The notes under the pieces are model-generated. The model was not told where the DNA came from, did no database searches, and saw only the letters and a list, made by a program, of their open reading frames with translations. Below are positions 62,450 through 64,000 of a DNA stretch of 64,000 nt, piece by piece; within the stretch, counting starts at the first letter, position 1, and each line of letters opens with the position of its first letter. Made by a program: the position numbers and the translations under genes. Origin of the DNA: Mobula hypostoma (lineage: Eukaryota); the NCBI RefSeq assembly GCF_963921235.1, contig NC_086108.1, positions 81,036,001 to 81,100,000 of the forward strand, read 5' to 3'.

Positions 62450-63410
62450 CAGAAGAAGATGGTGCCAACAAAGCTACCAAGGGTGCTATCCTCCAGACGG
62501 ATCACAAGGCAACTCCGTTCACTTCTTTTACATCTCCTTCACATTTCAGATGTGGTTCTGCTGCAGTTGGAGCCTGTCACCTACATTCTGCATGTGTGCT
62601 TTCTGGCCCATTGGACGATCTGGTGATTTGCTTTCTCTGAGAGGTTTCCACGAGGCTGAGAGTAAAGTGGGTGGCATAGAGGTCAGGAAGCCTGGAGACG
62701 GGGCTTGAGCCCATCGTTGACTCCATCTCTCACCGATCTCACCAATTAAAGCTCTGCGGAAGATTGAAATCATCAAGGTGGATGCAGACACGAAGGTGCC
62801 TGCGTGTGACTGTCCATCTCTTCCTCTCCCACTGTTCCCAAGAGAAGGTCCTTGCGTTCAAGTGATCTCACCGTCTCACTCGATGCTGTCAGAGGATGGT
62901 GCGGGAGCAAGGTTTAGTTGATGCGGTTTGTAGATTGGACCCTAATTCACATTACGGTGTGTTCTATTTTCTGGTCGCTCCTTTTTATTGTTGCTCTTTT
63001 TGGGTGATTTTTGAATGGGGGCAGCCTGCGGATAATGACCACTGAGCTGAACTAAAATATGCCTTTGATTTTGTGCTTTTTGTTGCTGCTTGCATAATTT
63101 TTTTTGCGTGGGGAGGAGGAGAGGTTTGATGTTTTTTCATTGAGTGGGTTTCTTTGAATTGAATTGAACTGAATTGACTTTATTTCTTACTTCCTTCACA
63201 TACGTGAGGAGTAAAAATCTTTACGTTACGTGTCCGTCTAAATGTGCAATGTGCAATCATAGTAATTTATAATAATTTATAATAAATAGAACAGTCAATG
63301 TAACATAGACTGTTTTGAGTCAATCTGTGGGAGGGCAAATCTCAGGGTTGGATACGACACACATACTTTGATAAGAAATGTACTTTGAATCCTTTGATCC
63401 CTTTGTCTTT
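62450..63410 (+). mobile_element. Non-autonomous LINE-tailed repeat inserted in the CR1, with a nested minus-strand LINE tail (about 63156-63308)
   Basis: Starts aagaagatggtg; ends (ctttga..) tandem tail; nested gaatt-repeat tail. Confidence 0.6.
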
Positions 63411-63440
63411 GATTTGGACTCCCAAACTCTAACTGGGCTG

Positions 63441-63845
63441 TGTTATGTTTTGTAACTCCAGTTATGAACTAATTAAAATTAAGACTCAGAGCCAGGAATA
63501 GCACAACTTAGTTTCACTTTACATTAGTGAGACACACACTTATGACGTGGTGGTGTGATGACGTGCGCCATTCATGTACTTTTACATTTAACCCACAGTG
63601 CATTATATAAATAACGAAGAATGTTTGATTAAACAATATATTTACAAAAGTACTTAAATATTACTAAAATATTAAATACACAACACTCCTCCCTGCTTAG
63701 CTGTAAACTCCAACTCAATATAGATCGCACCTCAAATATATACACAGTATACTATATTATACAGCTACGAAAAAGACATCCATTGCATAATAAATTTTAA
63801 ATTGTTTCATTCAGGCCTAACAATTTAAACCCCGTGGAAGCTTTC
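63441..63845 (-). mobile_element. Gypsy-type 3' LTR (63441-63685) with PPT and internal remnant
   Basis: TGTTATG..CACAACA termini, followed by ctcctccct (polypurine tract on the minus strand). Confidence 0.65.
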
Positions 63846-63848
63846 TTA

Positions 63849-64000
63849 GGCTACGTCGACACTAGACCAGATAAATTCATAACCAAAGCTTTTTCTCTTC
63901 GTTTTGACCCTCCATCCACACTGAAATGGCGTTTTCCTCCCCCAAAAACGGAGCTTTTCTAAAACGCTCTCCAGGGTGTGTAAGTCTGAATACGCCGGAT
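63849..64000. mobile_element. Left end of a PIF/Harbinger-like MITE
   Basis: TTA then ggctacgtcgacacta, resembling Harbinger-type TIRs; runs off the window. Confidence 0.55.

Noticed and set aside
13400..64000. U5 snRNA genes or ARMH1 exons expected from mammalian synteny upstream of KIF2C
   Set aside because: No U5 loop-1 context or recognisable coding exons found by eye.
1..64000. CRISPR array, rRNA or prokaryotic operon
   Set aside because: No regularly spaced repeats or rRNA-like sequence; the DNA is clearly vertebrate and repeat-rich.

Overview
Repeat-dominated vertebrate genomic DNA. The CR1, Rex1/Babar, Penelope, V-SINE/HE1-like, Gypsy and hAT/Tc1 MITE content, with CpG depletion, points to a cartilaginous fish, probably a ray (inference). 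The only recognisable host gene segment is the first coding exon of a kinesin-13 gene (best match KIF2C/MCAK; minus strand, 13109-13169), inside a CpG-rich promoter carrying CRE, CCAAT and CHR motifs. Positions 1-13108 are its intron 1 and the rest of the window is upstream or intergenic. Almost all ORFs in the supplied track are decayed transposon fragments or antisense shadows. The most notable signals are Penelope-derived repeats carrying minimal hammerhead ribozyme motifs in inverted arrangements, fold-back copies of flanking DNA at retroelement 5' junctions, a twin-priming-like inverted Rex1/Babar copy, several RTE-derived non-autonomous elements, deeply nested insertions with readable TSDs, and a second, oppositely oriented cell-cycle-type promoter module in KIF2C intron 1. 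No complete novel protein-coding system is supported. Family names come from recognising motifs by eye, not from database searches, and element boundaries without TSDs are approximate.
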